Positions 22,872-33,830 are shown, counted from the stretch's first letter. The stretch: DNA of 64,000 nt from an uncultured Candidatus Binatia bacterium (GCA_965213675.1 OZ243916.1:896001-960000), one strand, 5' to 3'. Made by a program: numbers and translations. Notes: generated by a model not told the origin, from the letters alone.

Positions 22872-23648
22872 TCAGCGGCAGATCCCCCGCCTGGAGCCTT
22901 CCACGAAGTCGATCATCTGCTCCACTTCCCGGGTCCGCGGCACCTCCGCGCGCACCCGCGCCAGCGCATCACCAACCCGCAACCCGGACCGGAAAAGGAT
23001 GCGGTACGTCCGCTGCAACGCATCCACGCGGCTCTTGTCGAGCCCCTGCCGGCGCAGCCCTTCGACGTTGAGGCCGCGCAGCTTCACGCGGTCCCCCGTG
23101 GCGTTGCAGTACGGCGGCACGTCCTTGGAGACCATGGAGCCCGCGCCGACGATGGCGCCGCTGCCGATGGCGACGAACTGATGCACGCCCACCAAGGCGC
23201 CGATGACCGTCCGGTCCCCGACACGCACGTGGCCGCCGAGCATGGCTCCGTTGGCGACGATGTTGTCATCGCCGACAATGCAGTCATGGGCGATGTGGCT
23301 TTGCATCATCAAGAGGTTCCGGTGCCCTACCCGTGTAAGCATCCCGCCGCCGCGGGTCCCCGGGTTCAGGGATGTGAATTCGCGGATGGTGTTCCCGTCA
23401 CCGATGACCAGGCGGCTGTCCTCGCCCTCGTACTTGAGGTCCTGCGGAACGGAGCCCAGGGTCGCAAAGGGGTGGATGACGTTGTCCCGGCCGATGGCCG
23501 TATTCCCCTGAACCGCCACGTGGGATGCCATGCGCGTCCCCCTGCCGACGCTCACCCCCGGCCCGACGACCGCATACGGCCCGATTTCGACGTCGTCGTC
23601 GAATTGCGCGGCCGCATCCACCACCGCGGTGGGATGCACCCGGACCAT
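22872..23648 (-). CDS. lpxA: UDP-GlcNAc acyltransferase
   Basis: Hexapeptide repeats, PQDLKY, HIAHDC, GLNVEGLRR. Confidence 0.95.
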   Translation of the reverse strand: MVRVHPTAVVDAAAQFDDDVEIGPYAVVGPGVSVGRGTRMASHVAVQGNTAIGRDNVIHPFATLGSVPQDLKYEGEDSRLVIGDGNTIREFTSLNPGTRGGGMLTRVGHRNLLMMQSHIAHDCIVGDDNIVANGAMLGGHVRVGDRTVIGALVGVHQFVAIGSGAIVGAGSMVSKDVPPYCNATGDRVKLRGLNVEGLRRQGLDKSRVDALQRTYRILFRSGLRVGDALARVRAEVPRTREVEQMIDFVEGSRRGICR

Positions 23649-23675
23649 GCTCCTCCCCTCAGCGGCGCGCCCGCG

Positions 23676-24104
23676 TCACACGGGCATTTCCATGGCGGAC
23701 AACTCCGCCTCCGCCACGCGCCGCCCGTCAACCGTCGCATGCGCGGTGAGGCGCCAATAGTGCTTGCGCCGCCGCGCTATTTCCAACTCGATGCGCAACT
23801 GATCGCCCGGCTCCACCGGTTGCTTGAACTTCACCCGGTCGAGACCGGTGAGAACGAAGACCCCGTTCGACGCCTGGTCGCTGCAACGCGCGAGGATGGC
23901 GCCCGCCTGCGCCATGGCTTCGCAGATCAGCACGCCCGGCATGATGGGCTTTTCCGGGAAATGGCCCTGGAAGAAGCTCTCGTTGATGCTGACGTTCTTG
24001 AGGGTCACGATGCGCCGGTCGGGTTCGATCTCCACGACCCGATCCACCAGCAGAAACGGATAGCGATGCGGGATCAGCTTGCGAATCTCGGTTACGTCCA
24101 TCAT
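23676..24104 (-). CDS. fabZ: 3-hydroxyacyl-ACP dehydratase
   Basis: PHRYPFLLVDR and FFQGHFP...PGVL..EAMAQ. Confidence 0.96.
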   Translation of the reverse strand: MMDVTEIRKLIPHRYPFLLVDRVVEIEPDRRIVTLKNVSINESFFQGHFPEKPIMPGVLICEAMAQAGAILARCSDQASNGVFVLTGLDRVKFKQPVEPGDQLRIELEIARRRKHYWRLTAHATVDGRRVAEAELSAMEMPV

Positions 24105-24108
24105 CTCG

Positions 24109-25164
24109 CTACCGGACCTCCTTGTCCTCCGAAGAGGCCGTCAAACGCAACGCGCGCTCGATTCCGGCGACCCGCCGCCAGAGCGCGGGCAGCTTCGGGA
24201 GCAGTCGGACCACCCTGAGCCAATCCTTGTGCGGCGCGGCCAGAATCAGCCCGGACAGCACGGAACCGGGAGGCACCGAACGCATGATCGTACTCCGGGG
24301 TCCGATCACCGAGCGGGAGCCCACCTCCACGTGGTCCGATACGCCCGCCTGTCCGGCCAGCACCACGTCGTCGCCCAGCACCGCACTGCCGGCGATGCCC
24401 GTCTGGGCAACGATCAGACAGCGTTCGCCCACCACCACATTGTGCCCTATCTGCACCAGATTATCGATCTTCGTGTCCGCCCCGATGCGGGTGCGGCCGA
24501 TGGTCGCCCGATCGATGGTGGTGTTGGCGCCGATCTCCACGCGGTCGCCGACCTCCACGATCCCGGCCTGCGGCACCTTGAGACGCCGCGGTCCGTGGCC
24601 CGCGTAGCCGAAGCCGTCACTGCCGATGACCACGCCCGCATGAAGAATGACGCCGTCGCCGATCCGGCAACCCTCCGCCACCGTCACGTTGGGATGCAAG
24701 ACGCAACAACGACCGAGCCGCGCCCCGGCCCCGATGGACACACCCGGCATCAGCACGGTCCCCTCGCCGACCCGGGCGCCGTTCCCCACATGACAGTGCG
24801 GATAAAGGCTGGCGTTCGCTTCGATGACAGCGGATGGATCGACGGCGGCCAAGGGGCTGACGCCCGCCGCGTGCACGGCAGGGGGGTTGAACAACGCGTG
24901 GATGCGCACGAACGCCCGTTGGGGATCGTCGACGTGAAGCAGGTTCAGCGACGCGTCCGCGCTCAGGTCCGGAGCCACGATGACCGCGCTGGCCTTGCTG
25001 GCGGCCAAGTGAGGCTTGTAGCGCGGGTGGGCCACGAAGGTGATGTCCCCCGGCCCGGCGTCCTCGATGGGCGACACCCTCTCGATGGTGACGTCGGGGT
25101 CGCCCACCACCCGTCCGCCAACGAGATCCGCGAGCTCGGCGAGCGATTTGCCTGAGGTGGTCAC
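24109..25164 (-). CDS. lpxD: UDP-3-O-acylglucosamine N-acyltransferase
   Basis: IGSDGFGY, EIGANTTIDR, KIDNLVQIGHN. Confidence 0.96.
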   Translation of the reverse strand: MTTSGKSLAELADLVGGRVVGDPDVTIERVSPIEDAGPGDITFVAHPRYKPHLAASKASAVIVAPDLSADASLNLLHVDDPQRAFVRIHALFNPPAVHAAGVSPLAAVDPSAVIEANASLYPHCHVGNGARVGEGTVLMPGVSIGAGARLGRCCVLHPNVTVAEGCRIGDGVILHAGVVIGSDGFGYAGHGPRRLKVPQAGIVEVGDRVEIGANTTIDRATIGRTRIGADTKIDNLVQIGHNVVVGERCLIVAQTGIAGSAVLGDDVVLAGQAGVSDHVEVGSRSVIGPRSTIMRSVPPGSVLSGLILAAPHKDWLRVVRLLPKLPALWRRVAGIERALRLTASSEDKEVR

Positions 25165-25697
25165 CTGTCCTGGTCGGTCTTGCCGGTAGTCTTCTGAAAG
25201 CGTTCGTCGTAAAGCTTGATCACATCGTCGGTGACGTCCGTTCCCTTGTCGGTGTAGAGAAGCTGGCTTCGTTCCAGAATCATCGAGAACTTCCCGGTCT
25301 TGCCCATCTCCGCGATGATCTTTTGCAGGTCCTTCAGGATTCCGTCGGTAATCTCGCGCTCCCGCAGGGCCAGTTCTTCCTGCATGTCGCGCTTGTCGCG
25401 CTCGTAGTCGCGCACACGGCGCTGGAACCGGAGCTGCGCCTTGGCCCGCTCGCTTTCCTTCATCAGGACGCCTTGCTTCTGCAAGTCCCGCTGCTCCTTC
25501 TCAATGGCCTGCTGCTCCCTCAGCAATGCGTCCTGTTTGTCCTTGACCGAGACCTGAAACTGCGCGCGCGCGCTCTTGCCGCGCTCGGACAGGCTGATGG
25601 CCCTCTGAAGATTGACGAAACCGATCTTGAGTTCCTGGCCCCAGGCGGGGGCAAGAAACAGCGTCATCAAGAGAACCAAGCAGACTCGGATCACCAT
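25161..25697 (-). CDS. skp: Periplasmic chaperone Skp/OmpH
   Basis: Signal peptide, KIGFVN, coiled coil, DVTDDVI; GGAGG RBS; sits between bamA and lpxD. Confidence 0.9.
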   Translation of the reverse strand: MVIRVCLVLLMTLFLAPAWGQELKIGFVNLQRAISLSERGKSARAQFQVSVKDKQDALLREQQAIEKEQRDLQKQGVLMKESERAKAQLRFQRRVRDYERDKRDMQEELALREREITDGILKDLQKIIAEMGKTGKFSMILERSQLLYTDKGTDVTDDVIKLYDERFQKTTGKTDQDR

Positions 25698-25741
25698 TAC
25701 CTCCTGGAAGAATCGCGCTCGCAATGCGTCCGGGTGTCGCG

Positions 25742-28114
25742 TCACAAACCGCCCAAGGCTCCGAACGCGAAACCGAGCAGTTCCTTGCGGTCAGTGGGCT
25801 CCGCGTTCACCGGGAACGCCCAACTCAGTCTGATCGGCCCGATGGGCGACTGCCACTGCATCGCCAGTCCCACCGAACGCTTCAGATCCTCGATGTGGAT
25901 GTTCTGTGACGGCCCGAACGCCTGTCCCTGATCGAAGAAAAGGGAGCCCCGGAACCCCCATTGATCCGCGATGGGAAAGTGCAACTCGCTCTTGAGGATG
26001 AGCTGCTTGTCGCCGCCCACGGCCTCGGGGTCTTCGCAATCGGGCTGGTCCTTGGGGCACTCCCGCGGACCGAGGGTACGATACTCGTACCCGCGCACCG
26101 AATTGATGCCGCCCGCGAAGTAGCGTTCGAACAGCGGCAGGTCCCGGTCCGTCCAGGAGTCCCCGTAGCCGATACGGCCTCCCAGCATCAGGGCGAAGCG
26201 CTTGCCCCAATCGAAATTCGCGAGAATGGGATAGTACCAGACGACGGACAGGTCGTTGCGTATGAAGCGGTTGTCTCCCCCGAGTCCAGCCAACTTGACG
26301 GACATCGTGGAACGCGTCCCCGCGGTGGGAGAAAAAAAGTGGTTGCGCGTGTCGTAGGAGAGCCTCGGCGTGACCGCGCTTGTGGTGGATGCGCCCGGCT
26401 CGATGCTCAACGGCGCGTCGTTATCCACGTCCGTGACCTTGGCGCGAAAGAAGGTATAGCCAATGCCGCCGTTCAGGTGATCCAGGATGGAGAACCCCGG
26501 TTCCAGGTCCGGATCGTCGCTGCGCCAGAGGTCCGCGCGGCGTCCGAAATACGGCAGGCGAACGTACCGCAACGGAGCACTGACCCGGGTTTCGAATCCG
26601 GTCCGCCGGTTGGTCCACGTGGCGTATTCCGCCGTGGTGTGAAACACGTCGAGACCCAGATCCGCGCGGCTGCCAAAAACGCGCGGCTCCACAACGCCCA
26701 GGACAACGTCCTGGTCGGTGCCACTCAAGGTGAGATCCGCCGACACACGCCGTCCGGTGCCGAACAGGTTGCGTTCCTCCAGCGAGGTGCGGAAGGAGAA
26801 CCCGCTGGCGGTGCTGTAGCCCGCGCCGACGCTGAAGGAGCCGGTGGGCGCTTCCTCCACCTTCACCAGCAGATTGACCCGGTCCTCCCGATCGGACTTC
26901 TCTGTGGACACGGTGACGTCCTTGAAAAAACCCGTGCGCAACAGAACGTTGCGGCTCTCCCGGACCCGGGCGGACGAAAACCGCGCCTCTTCCGCCACTT
27001 CGAGCTGACGCCGGATCACCTTGTCCCGGGTCTTGACGTTGCCGGTGATCCGGACCTCGTCGAAGTAGACCAGCGGTCCCTGCTCGATGATGTAGGCCAC
27101 ATTCACCAACCGGTCCTCGACGTTGAAGCGTGTCCGCGGCGTCACCTCGGCAAAGGCGTAGCCGCGTTCCAGGTAGCGTTCCTGCAACGCGGTCACGTCG
27201 CTTAGCAGCCGGCTTCGGCGAAAGACTTGTCCCGAGGTGAGGCTGACCCGTTCCAGCAGCCGCTCGGGCACGCGCCCGATATCCCCGCCGACCTTCACTT
27301 CTCCGACGCGGTAGCGCTCGCCTTCCTGGATGCGGATCACCACCTCCAGGCCTTCGCCCCGAGGCAGGACGATGGGCTCGTCGATCTTGTGGTCCACGAA
27401 TCCATGGTCGTAGTACAACGACGACAACTGCGCGGTGTCGTTGGTCAGGACGTCGGGATCCAGGCGGCCGCGGCTGGTGAAGGGAATGAACCACCGCTCC
27501 TTCGTGTCCATGACGTCTTTCAGCTCGTCTTCGGTGAAGGCCCGGTTGCCCTCGAAGGTGATCTTGTGGATCAGCAGCGTCTCGCCTTCGACGATGCTCA
27601 AGGTCACGAGGGTCTGGTTGTTCTCCGCCGGGGTGAGGGTGTAGTCCACACGGGTGTTGACGTGTCCAGCCTCGCTGTAGAGCCGCAGCACCCGTTGCAG
27701 CCCCTCCTGCAAACGCGCGCTGTCCAGGGCCGTGCGTAGCTGGACTCCCAAGGCCGCTTCGATGTCTTCCTCGGACACCTTGTCGTTGCCCACGATCCGG
27801 ACTTCCCTCACGTAGGGGCGTTCCTTCACCGTGTAGGTCAGAACGCCGGCGGCGGAGAAATCCGCGCTCACGTCATCGAAAAGACCCATGCGGTAGATGG
27901 CCTTGACATCCCGGTCCACCATCCCGGCGTCCAACGCTTCACCCGGGCGCGTCTGAATGCTCAACCGGATGGCGTCTTCCTCCACCCTCAGGTGGCCCGC
28001 AACGCGAACCTCCGCAACCAGCGACTGGGCCACGGCTGAACCTTGCCAACCGACAATACCGCACAGCACGGCCAGAAGCGCCGCGACGATTTTTCCCCCA
28101 ATAGTGATTCGCAT
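25742..28114 (-). CDS. bamA: Outer membrane protein assembly factor BamA
   Basis: POTRA repeats, GNVKTRDKVIRR, FAGGINSVRGY, WQSPIGPIRL. Confidence 0.96.
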   Translation of the reverse strand: MRITIGGKIVAALLAVLCGIVGWQGSAVAQSLVAEVRVAGHLRVEEDAIRLSIQTRPGEALDAGMVDRDVKAIYRMGLFDDVSADFSAAGVLTYTVKERPYVREVRIVGNDKVSEEDIEAALGVQLRTALDSARLQEGLQRVLRLYSEAGHVNTRVDYTLTPAENNQTLVTLSIVEGETLLIHKITFEGNRAFTEDELKDVMDTKERWFIPFTSRGRLDPDVLTNDTAQLSSLYYDHGFVDHKIDEPIVLPRGEGLEVVIRIQEGERYRVGEVKVGGDIGRVPERLLERVSLTSGQVFRRSRLLSDVTALQERYLERGYAFAEVTPRTRFNVEDRLVNVAYIIEQGPLVYFDEVRITGNVKTRDKVIRRQLEVAEEARFSSARVRESRNVLLRTGFFKDVTVSTEKSDREDRVNLLVKVEEAPTGSFSVGAGYSTASGFSFRTSLEERNLFGTGRRVSADLTLSGTDQDVVLGVVEPRVFGSRADLGLDVFHTTAEYATWTNRRTGFETRVSAPLRYVRLPYFGRRADLWRSDDPDLEPGFSILDHLNGGIGYTFFRAKVTDVDNDAPLSIEPGASTTSAVTPRLSYDTRNHFFSPTAGTRSTMSVKLAGLGGDNRFIRNDLSVVWYYPILANFDWGKRFALMLGGRIGYGDSWTDRDLPLFERYFAGGINSVRGYEYRTLGPRECPKDQPDCEDPEAVGGDKQLILKSELHFPIADQWGFRGSLFFDQGQAFGPSQNIHIEDLKRSVGLAMQWQSPIGPIRLSWAFPVNAEPTDRKELLGFAFGALGGL

Positions 28115-28248
28115 GGTTCAATACACCGAAAAGGCATGCATCGCGCAATGTCCTGCTACCAAGTTCCCAAGCTGTTGTAAAGCGTGCCGGAACGCCCGCA
28201 AACGCCGCCGCGGCCGCGTCCCGCGGTCGCCCAGGCCGGGGCCGCCGC

Positions 28249-28272
28249 AGGGCGACCGCCGGTTGTCCCTAC
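28249..28272 (-). repeat. GTAG-type REP-like palindrome overlapping the lolD stop codon
   Basis: Minus strand GTAGGGACAACCGGCGGTCGCCCT, near-identical to 463-486. Confidence 0.55.
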
Positions 28273-28946
28273 AATGGGAACAGACGGCCCTGGCGCAGCT
28301 CGAGAAGACGGTTCATGCGGCCCGCGAGATGACGGTTGTGAGTCGTGACGATCAGACCCAGGCCGCGCTCTTCGTTGAGGCCGCAGAGCAGGTCCTCGAT
28401 CTCGCCCGCGGTGCCGGGATCCAGGTTGCCCGTGGGCTCGTCGGCGAGCATGAGCCGCGGCCCCAGGATCAGCGCGCGCGCGATGGCCACCCGCTGTTGT
28501 TCCCCGCCGGACAACTCTCCGGGCCGATGTGTCAGCCGATGCGCCAGACCCACGGCCTCCAGCAACTCCAGCGCCGCCGCCCGCGCCCGGGAGCGCTCCC
28601 AACGCGCGATCAGCGCCGGCATCATGACGTTCTCCAAGGCATTGAAGTCAGGCAGCAGGTGGTGGAACTGGAAGACGAAGCCGATGGCGCGGTTGCGCAG
28701 CGCGGAGATCTCATCGTCGCTCCAGCCGGTGACGTCGCGTCCCTCGTAGCGCAGCGTCCCCCGGTCGGCCCGGTCGAGGGTGCCGACGATGTACAACAGC
28801 GTGCTCTTGCCCACGCCGGACTCGCCGATGATGGCGAGCCGCTCGCCTTGTTGCAACTCCAGGTCCAGATTCGCGAGCACGTCCACGCGCCGGTCGCCGC
28901 TGGTGTAGCACTTGACCAGTCCGCGTATTTCGATCAGCGCCGACAT
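28269..28946 (-). CDS. lolD: Lipoprotein-releasing ABC transporter ATP-binding protein
   Basis: [33 protein letters not shown]. Confidence 0.92.
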   Translation of the reverse strand: MSALIEIRGLVKCYTSGDRRVDVLANLDLELQQGERLAIIGESGVGKSTLLYIVGTLDRADRGTLRYEGRDVTGWSDDEISALRNRAIGFVFQFHHLLPDFNALENVMMPALIARWERSRARAAALELLEAVGLAHRLTHRPGELSGGEQQRVAIARALILGPRLMLADEPTGNLDPGTAGEIEDLLCGLNEERGLGLIVTTHNRHLAGRMNRLLELRQGRLFPL

Positions 28947-28952
28947 GTCCGC

Positions 28953-30197
28953 CTACTCGTACCGGATCACGTCCACGGGATGAAGCCGCGCCGCCTGCCG
29001 CGCGGGATAGAGGCTGGCGAGACAACAGATGACGAGGGACACCAGCGCCACCACGGCGAAATAAAGCGGCGAGATGCTCACCGGAACCGTGGAGACCACG
29101 AAGACGTCATCGGGCAGATCGATGAACTGGTAGCGCTCGATCAGCCGCGCCAGCACGTAGCCGAAGACCACGCCGAGCGCCGTGCCGGCGGCGCCGATGA
29201 TCCAACCCTTCAGCAGGAAGATCCAGCGGATGCTGCCGCGGGACGCCCCCATGGAGCGCAGCACCGCGATGTCCTTGCGCTTCTCCATCACCACCATGAT
29301 GAGGGTCGAGACGATGTTGAAGGCCGCGATGAGCACCATGAGCAGCAGCACCAGGAAATAGACCGTCTTCTCCAGGCGCAGCGCGGCAAACAGGTTGGGC
29401 CACAGGCGCGTCCAGTCCTCCACCCGGTAGCGCTCGCCGACATCGTCCTGGATACCGGCGGCGATGGCATGGGCGTCATCCACTTCCGTGACCGTGATCT
29501 CGATGCTGGTGGCGACCTTGCCCACGCCGAAGAAATCCTGGGCCGCCGGAAGGCTGAGGAACGCCAGGCCGCTGTCGTACTCGCGCATGCCCGAATCGAA
29601 GATGCCCACCACGGCAAATCGCCGGATGCGCGGGATGATGCCCACGGCGGTGGGGCTGCCTATGGGAGACACCGCCTGCAGCGCATCCCCCCGTCCGGCC
29701 CCGAGCTGCTCCGCCAGCCGATCGCCGATGATGATGCCCGGGAGTTGCAGTTCCCGGCCGCCCACGGTCACGGGGGTGCGCGCCTTGAGATCGTCCAGGC
29801 GTCCCTCCCGCAGATGTTCCTCGATCTCCACGCTGGAACGGTCCGGGTCGATGCCGCGCACGACCACGCCCGACACGCGGTTCCGGGACGTGAGAATGAT
29901 GTGACCGGTGAGCATGGGCGCGGCGGAGACGACGTCATCGCGCTCACTCACGCGCCCGGCGAGATCCTCGTAAGCCCGCAGATAGCTGGCCGGCCTGACC
30001 AGGAGCACATGGGCGTTGAGGCCCAGGAGCCGGTCGCGCAGCACCTCTTCGAAGCCGGTCATCACCGCGATCACCACGTTCAGGGTGATCACCGCGATCA
30101 TCACTCCGAGCACGGAGATCACCGTGAGCAGGGAAATGAACCGCTCGCTGCGCCGGGCGCGCAGATAACGCAGCCCCACGAACAACTCGTACGGCAT
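28953..30197 (-). CDS. lolE: Lipoprotein-releasing ABC transporter permease LolC/E
   Basis: FVGLRYLR, AVMTGF, AAFNIVSTL, DIAVLRSMGA, LYPARQAA. Confidence 0.9.
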   Translation of the reverse strand: MPYELFVGLRYLRARRSERFISLLTVISVLGVMIAVITLNVVIAVMTGFEEVLRDRLLGLNAHVLLVRPASYLRAYEDLAGRVSERDDVVSAAPMLTGHIILTSRNRVSGVVVRGIDPDRSSVEIEEHLREGRLDDLKARTPVTVGGRELQLPGIIIGDRLAEQLGAGRGDALQAVSPIGSPTAVGIIPRIRRFAVVGIFDSGMREYDSGLAFLSLPAAQDFFGVGKVATSIEITVTEVDDAHAIAAGIQDDVGERYRVEDWTRLWPNLFAALRLEKTVYFLVLLLMVLIAAFNIVSTLIMVVMEKRKDIAVLRSMGASRGSIRWIFLLKGWIIGAAGTALGVVFGYVLARLIERYQFIDLPDDVFVVSTVPVSISPLYFAVVALVSLVICCLASLYPARQAARLHPVDVIRYE

Positions 30198-30199
30198 GG

Positions 30200-31675
30200 T
30201 CAGGAACGCAGCAACGGAAAGAGGATGACGTCGCGGATCGAGGGTGAATCGGTCAGCAGCATCACCAGGCGGTCGATGCCGATGCCTTCGCCCGCCGCCG
30301 GCGGCATGGCGTACTCCAGGGCGCGCACGTAGTCCTCGTCCACCTCGCAGGCGGTATCGTCGCCGGCCCGGCGCGCCGCGGCCTGTTCCTCGAAGCGGCG
30401 CTGCTGATCGGCCGGGTCGTTGAGCTCGGAGAAGGCGTTGGCCAGCTCCCGGCCGCCGATGAAGAGCTCGAAACGATCCACGAACTCCGGGGCGGTGTCG
30501 TTCCGGCGCGCCAGGGGCGAGACTTCCAGGGGATAACCGGTCACGAACACGGGCTGAATCAGGCGCGGCTCCACCAGATGCTCGAACAGCTCCACCAGGA
30601 GCTTGCCGCGGCCGAGCTTCGGGTCGACCTTGAGGGAATGCCGCCCGGCGATCTTGCGCAGGGCCTCCACGCTGGCCAGTTCCGACTCGGCCACGCCAGC
30701 ATGGCGCGCCACTCCCTCGGTCAAGGACAGGCGCTGCCAGGGCCGCTCCAGATTCACCTCGTGCTCACCCCACGGAATGCGCAGGCTCCCGCGCACGGCC
30801 TGCGCCAGCTCCACGAACAACTCCTCGGTGAGTTCCATCATGTCGCGATAGTCGGCGTAGGCCTGGTAGAACTCCACCATGGTGAACTCGGGGTTGTGGC
30901 GCGTGGACAGGCCCTCGTTGCGGAAGTTGCGGTTCAACTCGAACACCCGATCCAGCCCTCCCACCAGCAGGCGCTTGAGGAACAGTTCCGGCGCCACGCG
31001 CAGGTAGAGGTCCAGATCCAGGGCATTGTGGTGCGTCACGAAGGGTCTGGCCGCGGCGCCCCCCGCCATGGGCTGCATCATGGGCGTCTCGACCTCGAGG
31101 AAGCCGCGCTGTTCCAGGAAACGGCGGATGAGCGAGATGACGCGCGAGCGGTTGCGGAAGACCTCGCGCACCTCCGGGTTCACCATCAGGTCCACGTAAC
31201 GTTGCCGGTAGCGGGTCTCCACGTCCTTCAGGCCGTGCCACTTCTCCGGCAGCGGGCGAATGCACTTGCTCAGCAACCGGACTTCCCGCGCCTCGATGGT
31301 CAACTCGTTGGTGCGGGTGCGGAACAGCCGGCCCGCCACGCCGACGATGTCGCCCACGTCCGCGGCGCGCACGCGCGCGTAGGCCTCGTCTCCGAGCCGG
31401 TCCTTGCGCGCGTACACCTGGAGCCTTCCGGTGCGATCCTCCAGTTCGAAGAACGCCGCCTTGCCGTGGGGGCGGTGCGCGCGGATGCGCCCGGCCAACG
31501 CGAACTCTGCCGTCAACGCTTCCAGTCCGGCCGCATCCAGGGCGCCGTGTCCCTCGCGGATCTCTCCTGCCGTGTGGCCGGGCCGAAAGTCGTTGGGGTA
31601 GACCGGAAGACCCTGCGCGTGGAGCTGCGCCACCTTCTGGCGGCGCGCCGCCATCTGCTCGTTGGCTTCATCCAT
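30200..31675 (-). CDS. lysS: Lysine--tRNA ligase (class II)
   Basis: PLPEKWHGL, RYRQRYVDL, FRNEG, HNPEFT, GIGIDRL. Confidence 0.97.
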   Translation of the reverse strand: MDEANEQMAARRQKVAQLHAQGLPVYPNDFRPGHTAGEIREGHGALDAAGLEALTAEFALAGRIRAHRPHGKAAFFELEDRTGRLQVYARKDRLGDEAYARVRAADVGDIVGVAGRLFRTRTNELTIEAREVRLLSKCIRPLPEKWHGLKDVETRYRQRYVDLMVNPEVREVFRNRSRVISLIRRFLEQRGFLEVETPMMQPMAGGAAARPFVTHHNALDLDLYLRVAPELFLKRLLVGGLDRVFELNRNFRNEGLSTRHNPEFTMVEFYQAYADYRDMMELTEELFVELAQAVRGSLRIPWGEHEVNLERPWQRLSLTEGVARHAGVAESELASVEALRKIAGRHSLKVDPKLGRGKLLVELFEHLVEPRLIQPVFVTGYPLEVSPLARRNDTAPEFVDRFELFIGGRELANAFSELNDPADQQRRFEEQAAARRAGDDTACEVDEDYVRALEYAMPPAAGEGIGIDRLVMLLTDSPSIRDVILFPLLRS

Positions 31676-31713
31676 GTGTCGTCGGTTGGGTGTGCGCGAA
31701 CCCGGACGGGTCA

Positions 31714-32037
31714 CTACAGCATGCCGAGTTGCAGCTTGGCCGCGTCCGACATGCGGCCCGGATCCCAGGGCGGCTCCCAGACGATGTCCACATGCACCTC
31801 CGTGACACCGTCCACCGCCCGGACCTTCTCCTCCACCTCAGCCGGCAGGGACTGGGCCGCGGGGCAATTCGGCGCCGTCAGAGTCATGGTGACGGTCACC
31901 TGCCCGAGGGGATCCACGTCCACCCCGTAGATCAGGCCCATTTCGTGGATGTTGACCGGCACCTCGGGGTCGTAGCAGGTCTGGATCGCCTCGATGGCGC
32001 GCCGTTCGATGTCCTTCTGCTCCGCAACGCCTTCCAC
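31714..32037 (-). CDS. sufT: SUF system Fe-S assembly protein SufT (DUF59)
   Basis: DPEVPVNI, MTLTAPNCP, WEPPW. Confidence 0.92.
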   Translation of the reverse strand: MEGVAEQKDIERRAIEAIQTCYDPEVPVNIHEMGLIYGVDVDPLGQVTVTMTLTAPNCPAAQSLPAEVEEKVRAVDGVTEVHVDIVWEPPWDPGRMSDAAKLQLGML

Positions 32038-32077
32038 AAATCCCTCTCCGGTTCTGCTTCCGCACGGCTCCGCGACC

Positions 32078-32530
32078 CTACTCGGTGCTCACGGCCTTGT
32101 CCGCGCCGTCCAGGGCGGCGCACAATGTATGCCACGCCAGCGTAGCGCACTTTACGCGGGCCGGATAGTCGCGCACGCCGGCGAAGGCCGCCAGCTTGCC
32201 CAGGCTCGCGCCGTCGATGTCCCCGCCGTCGTCGGCCGCCACCATCTGGTGGAAACGCTCGAAAAGCTCCCGGGCGTGAGCACAACTCCGATCCTTGAGG
32301 CCCTCGGTCATGACCGAAGCCGAGGCGATGGAGATGGCGCAACCCTCGCCCTCGAAACGGACATCCCTCACCTGGTCGCCTTCCACGCGCAGGTGCACGG
32401 CCACCTTGTCGCCGCACAGCGGATTGACGCCCCTGGCGCTGCGGTTGGCATCGGCCAGCGGTCCGAAGTTTCGCGGCTTGCGGTTATGGTCCAGGATCAG
32501 CTCCTGGTAGAGGTCCCTCAGGTCAGACAC
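32078..32530 (-). CDS. sufU: SufU (NifU-like) Fe-S assembly protein
   Basis: LYQELILDH, NPLCGD, GCAIS, RVKCATLAW. Confidence 0.93.
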   Translation of the reverse strand: MSDLRDLYQELILDHNRKPRNFGPLADANRSARGVNPLCGDKVAVHLRVEGDQVRDVRFEGEGCAISIASASVMTEGLKDRSCAHARELFERFHQMVAADDGGDIDGASLGKLAAFAGVRDYPARVKCATLAWHTLCAALDGADKAVSTE

Positions 32531-33815
32531 CGTCGAACAGCCTCCTTGCTTTTTCCAATCCTTCCGCAAGAGCCTCCACCTCGGCCTCGGTGTTGTAGCA
32601 CGCGAACGACGCGCGCACGGTGGCGGGAACGCCGAACCGCTCCATCACGGGCATGGCGCAATGATGTCCGGCGCGCACGGCAATACCCTCCTGATCCAGA
32701 ATGGTGCCGACGTCGTGGGCGTGCACGTTGCCCAGGGTGAACGACACCAGCGACGCCCGCCGGGCCGGCATGCCGATGAAGCGCAGGCCGGGAACATCCG
32801 CCAGCCGCGCCACCGCGCCGGCCAACACCCGGTCCTCGTGGGCCGCCACCGCCTCGATGCCGAGATCGCTGAGGTATTCGACCGCCGCCCCCAGACCGAT
32901 GACCCCGGCGATGTTCGGCGTGCCGGCCTCGAACTTGTACGGCAGCACGTTGTACTCGGTGGTCTCGAAGCTCACCGTGAGGATCATGTCGCCGCCCCCC
33001 TGATAGGGCGGCATGGCCTCCAGCAGTCCGGCCTTGCCGTAGAGCACGCCGATGCCGGTGGGGCCGTAGAGCTTGTGGCCGGAGAAAGCATAGAAGTCGC
33101 AGTCCAGATCCTGCACGTCCACGGCCGCATGGGGCGCTCCCTGGGCGCCGTCGATGAGCACCGGGATGCCCTCCCTGTGCGCGTCCGCGATCATCTCCTT
33201 GATGGGGTTCACCGTGCCGAGCGCGTTGGACACATGTGGCAACGCCACCATGCGGGTGCGGGGACCCAGGAGCCGGTGATACGCCTCCATGACGACGTCG
33301 CCGCGGTCGTCCACGGGGATGACCCGAAGCACCGCGCCCTTCTCCTGACAGATGAGCTGCCACGGCACGATGTTGGAGTGGTGCTCCATGGCCGAAATGA
33401 CCACTTCGTCCCCCGCCTCCAGGTTGGCGCCGCCGTAGCACCGGGCCACGAGATTGATGGCCTCGGTGGCGCCGCGCACGAACACGATCTCCCGTGGCTG
33501 CGCCGCATTGAGGAACCGCTGCACCGCCCCCCGGGCGTCTTCGTAAGCGCGGGTGGCCTGTTCGCTCAGCCGATGCACGCCTCGATGAATATTCGAGTTC
33601 TCGGTCTCGTAATAGCCTGTCACCCGCTCGACCACGGATCGCGGCTTCTGGGCCGTGGCCGCGTTGTCGAGGTACACCAAGGGCTTGCCGTGGACGCTCA
33701 CGCCAAGGATGGGGAAATCCTCGCGCACCCGCGCCACGTCGAACCCCTCACTTGGCCCGCTCCAGCCTTCGGTCTTGACCTGTTCCATGCTCATACTCGA
33801 AGAAGAGAGTGTCAT
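32523..33815 (-). CDS. sufS: Cysteine desulfurase SufS (start uncertain)
   Basis: YLDNAAT, FSGHKLYGP, RAGHHCA. Confidence 0.95.
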   Translation of the reverse strand: MTLSSSSMSMEQVKTEGWSGPSEGFDVARVREDFPILGVSVHGKPLVYLDNAATAQKPRSVVERVTGYYETENSNIHRGVHRLSEQATRAYEDARGAVQRFLNAAQPREIVFVRGATEAINLVARCYGGANLEAGDEVVISAMEHHSNIVPWQLICQEKGAVLRVIPVDDRGDVVMEAYHRLLGPRTRMVALPHVSNALGTVNPIKEMIADAHREGIPVLIDGAQGAPHAAVDVQDLDCDFYAFSGHKLYGPTGIGVLYGKAGLLEAMPPYQGGGDMILTVSFETTEYNVLPYKFEAGTPNIAGVIGLGAAVEYLSDLGIEAVAAHEDRVLAGAVARLADVPGLRFIGMPARRASLVSFTLGNVHAHDVGTILDQEGIAVRAGHHCAMPVMERFGVPATVRASFACYNTEAEVEALAEGLEKARRLFDGV

Positions 33816-33830
33816 CGATGGCGCTGGCTT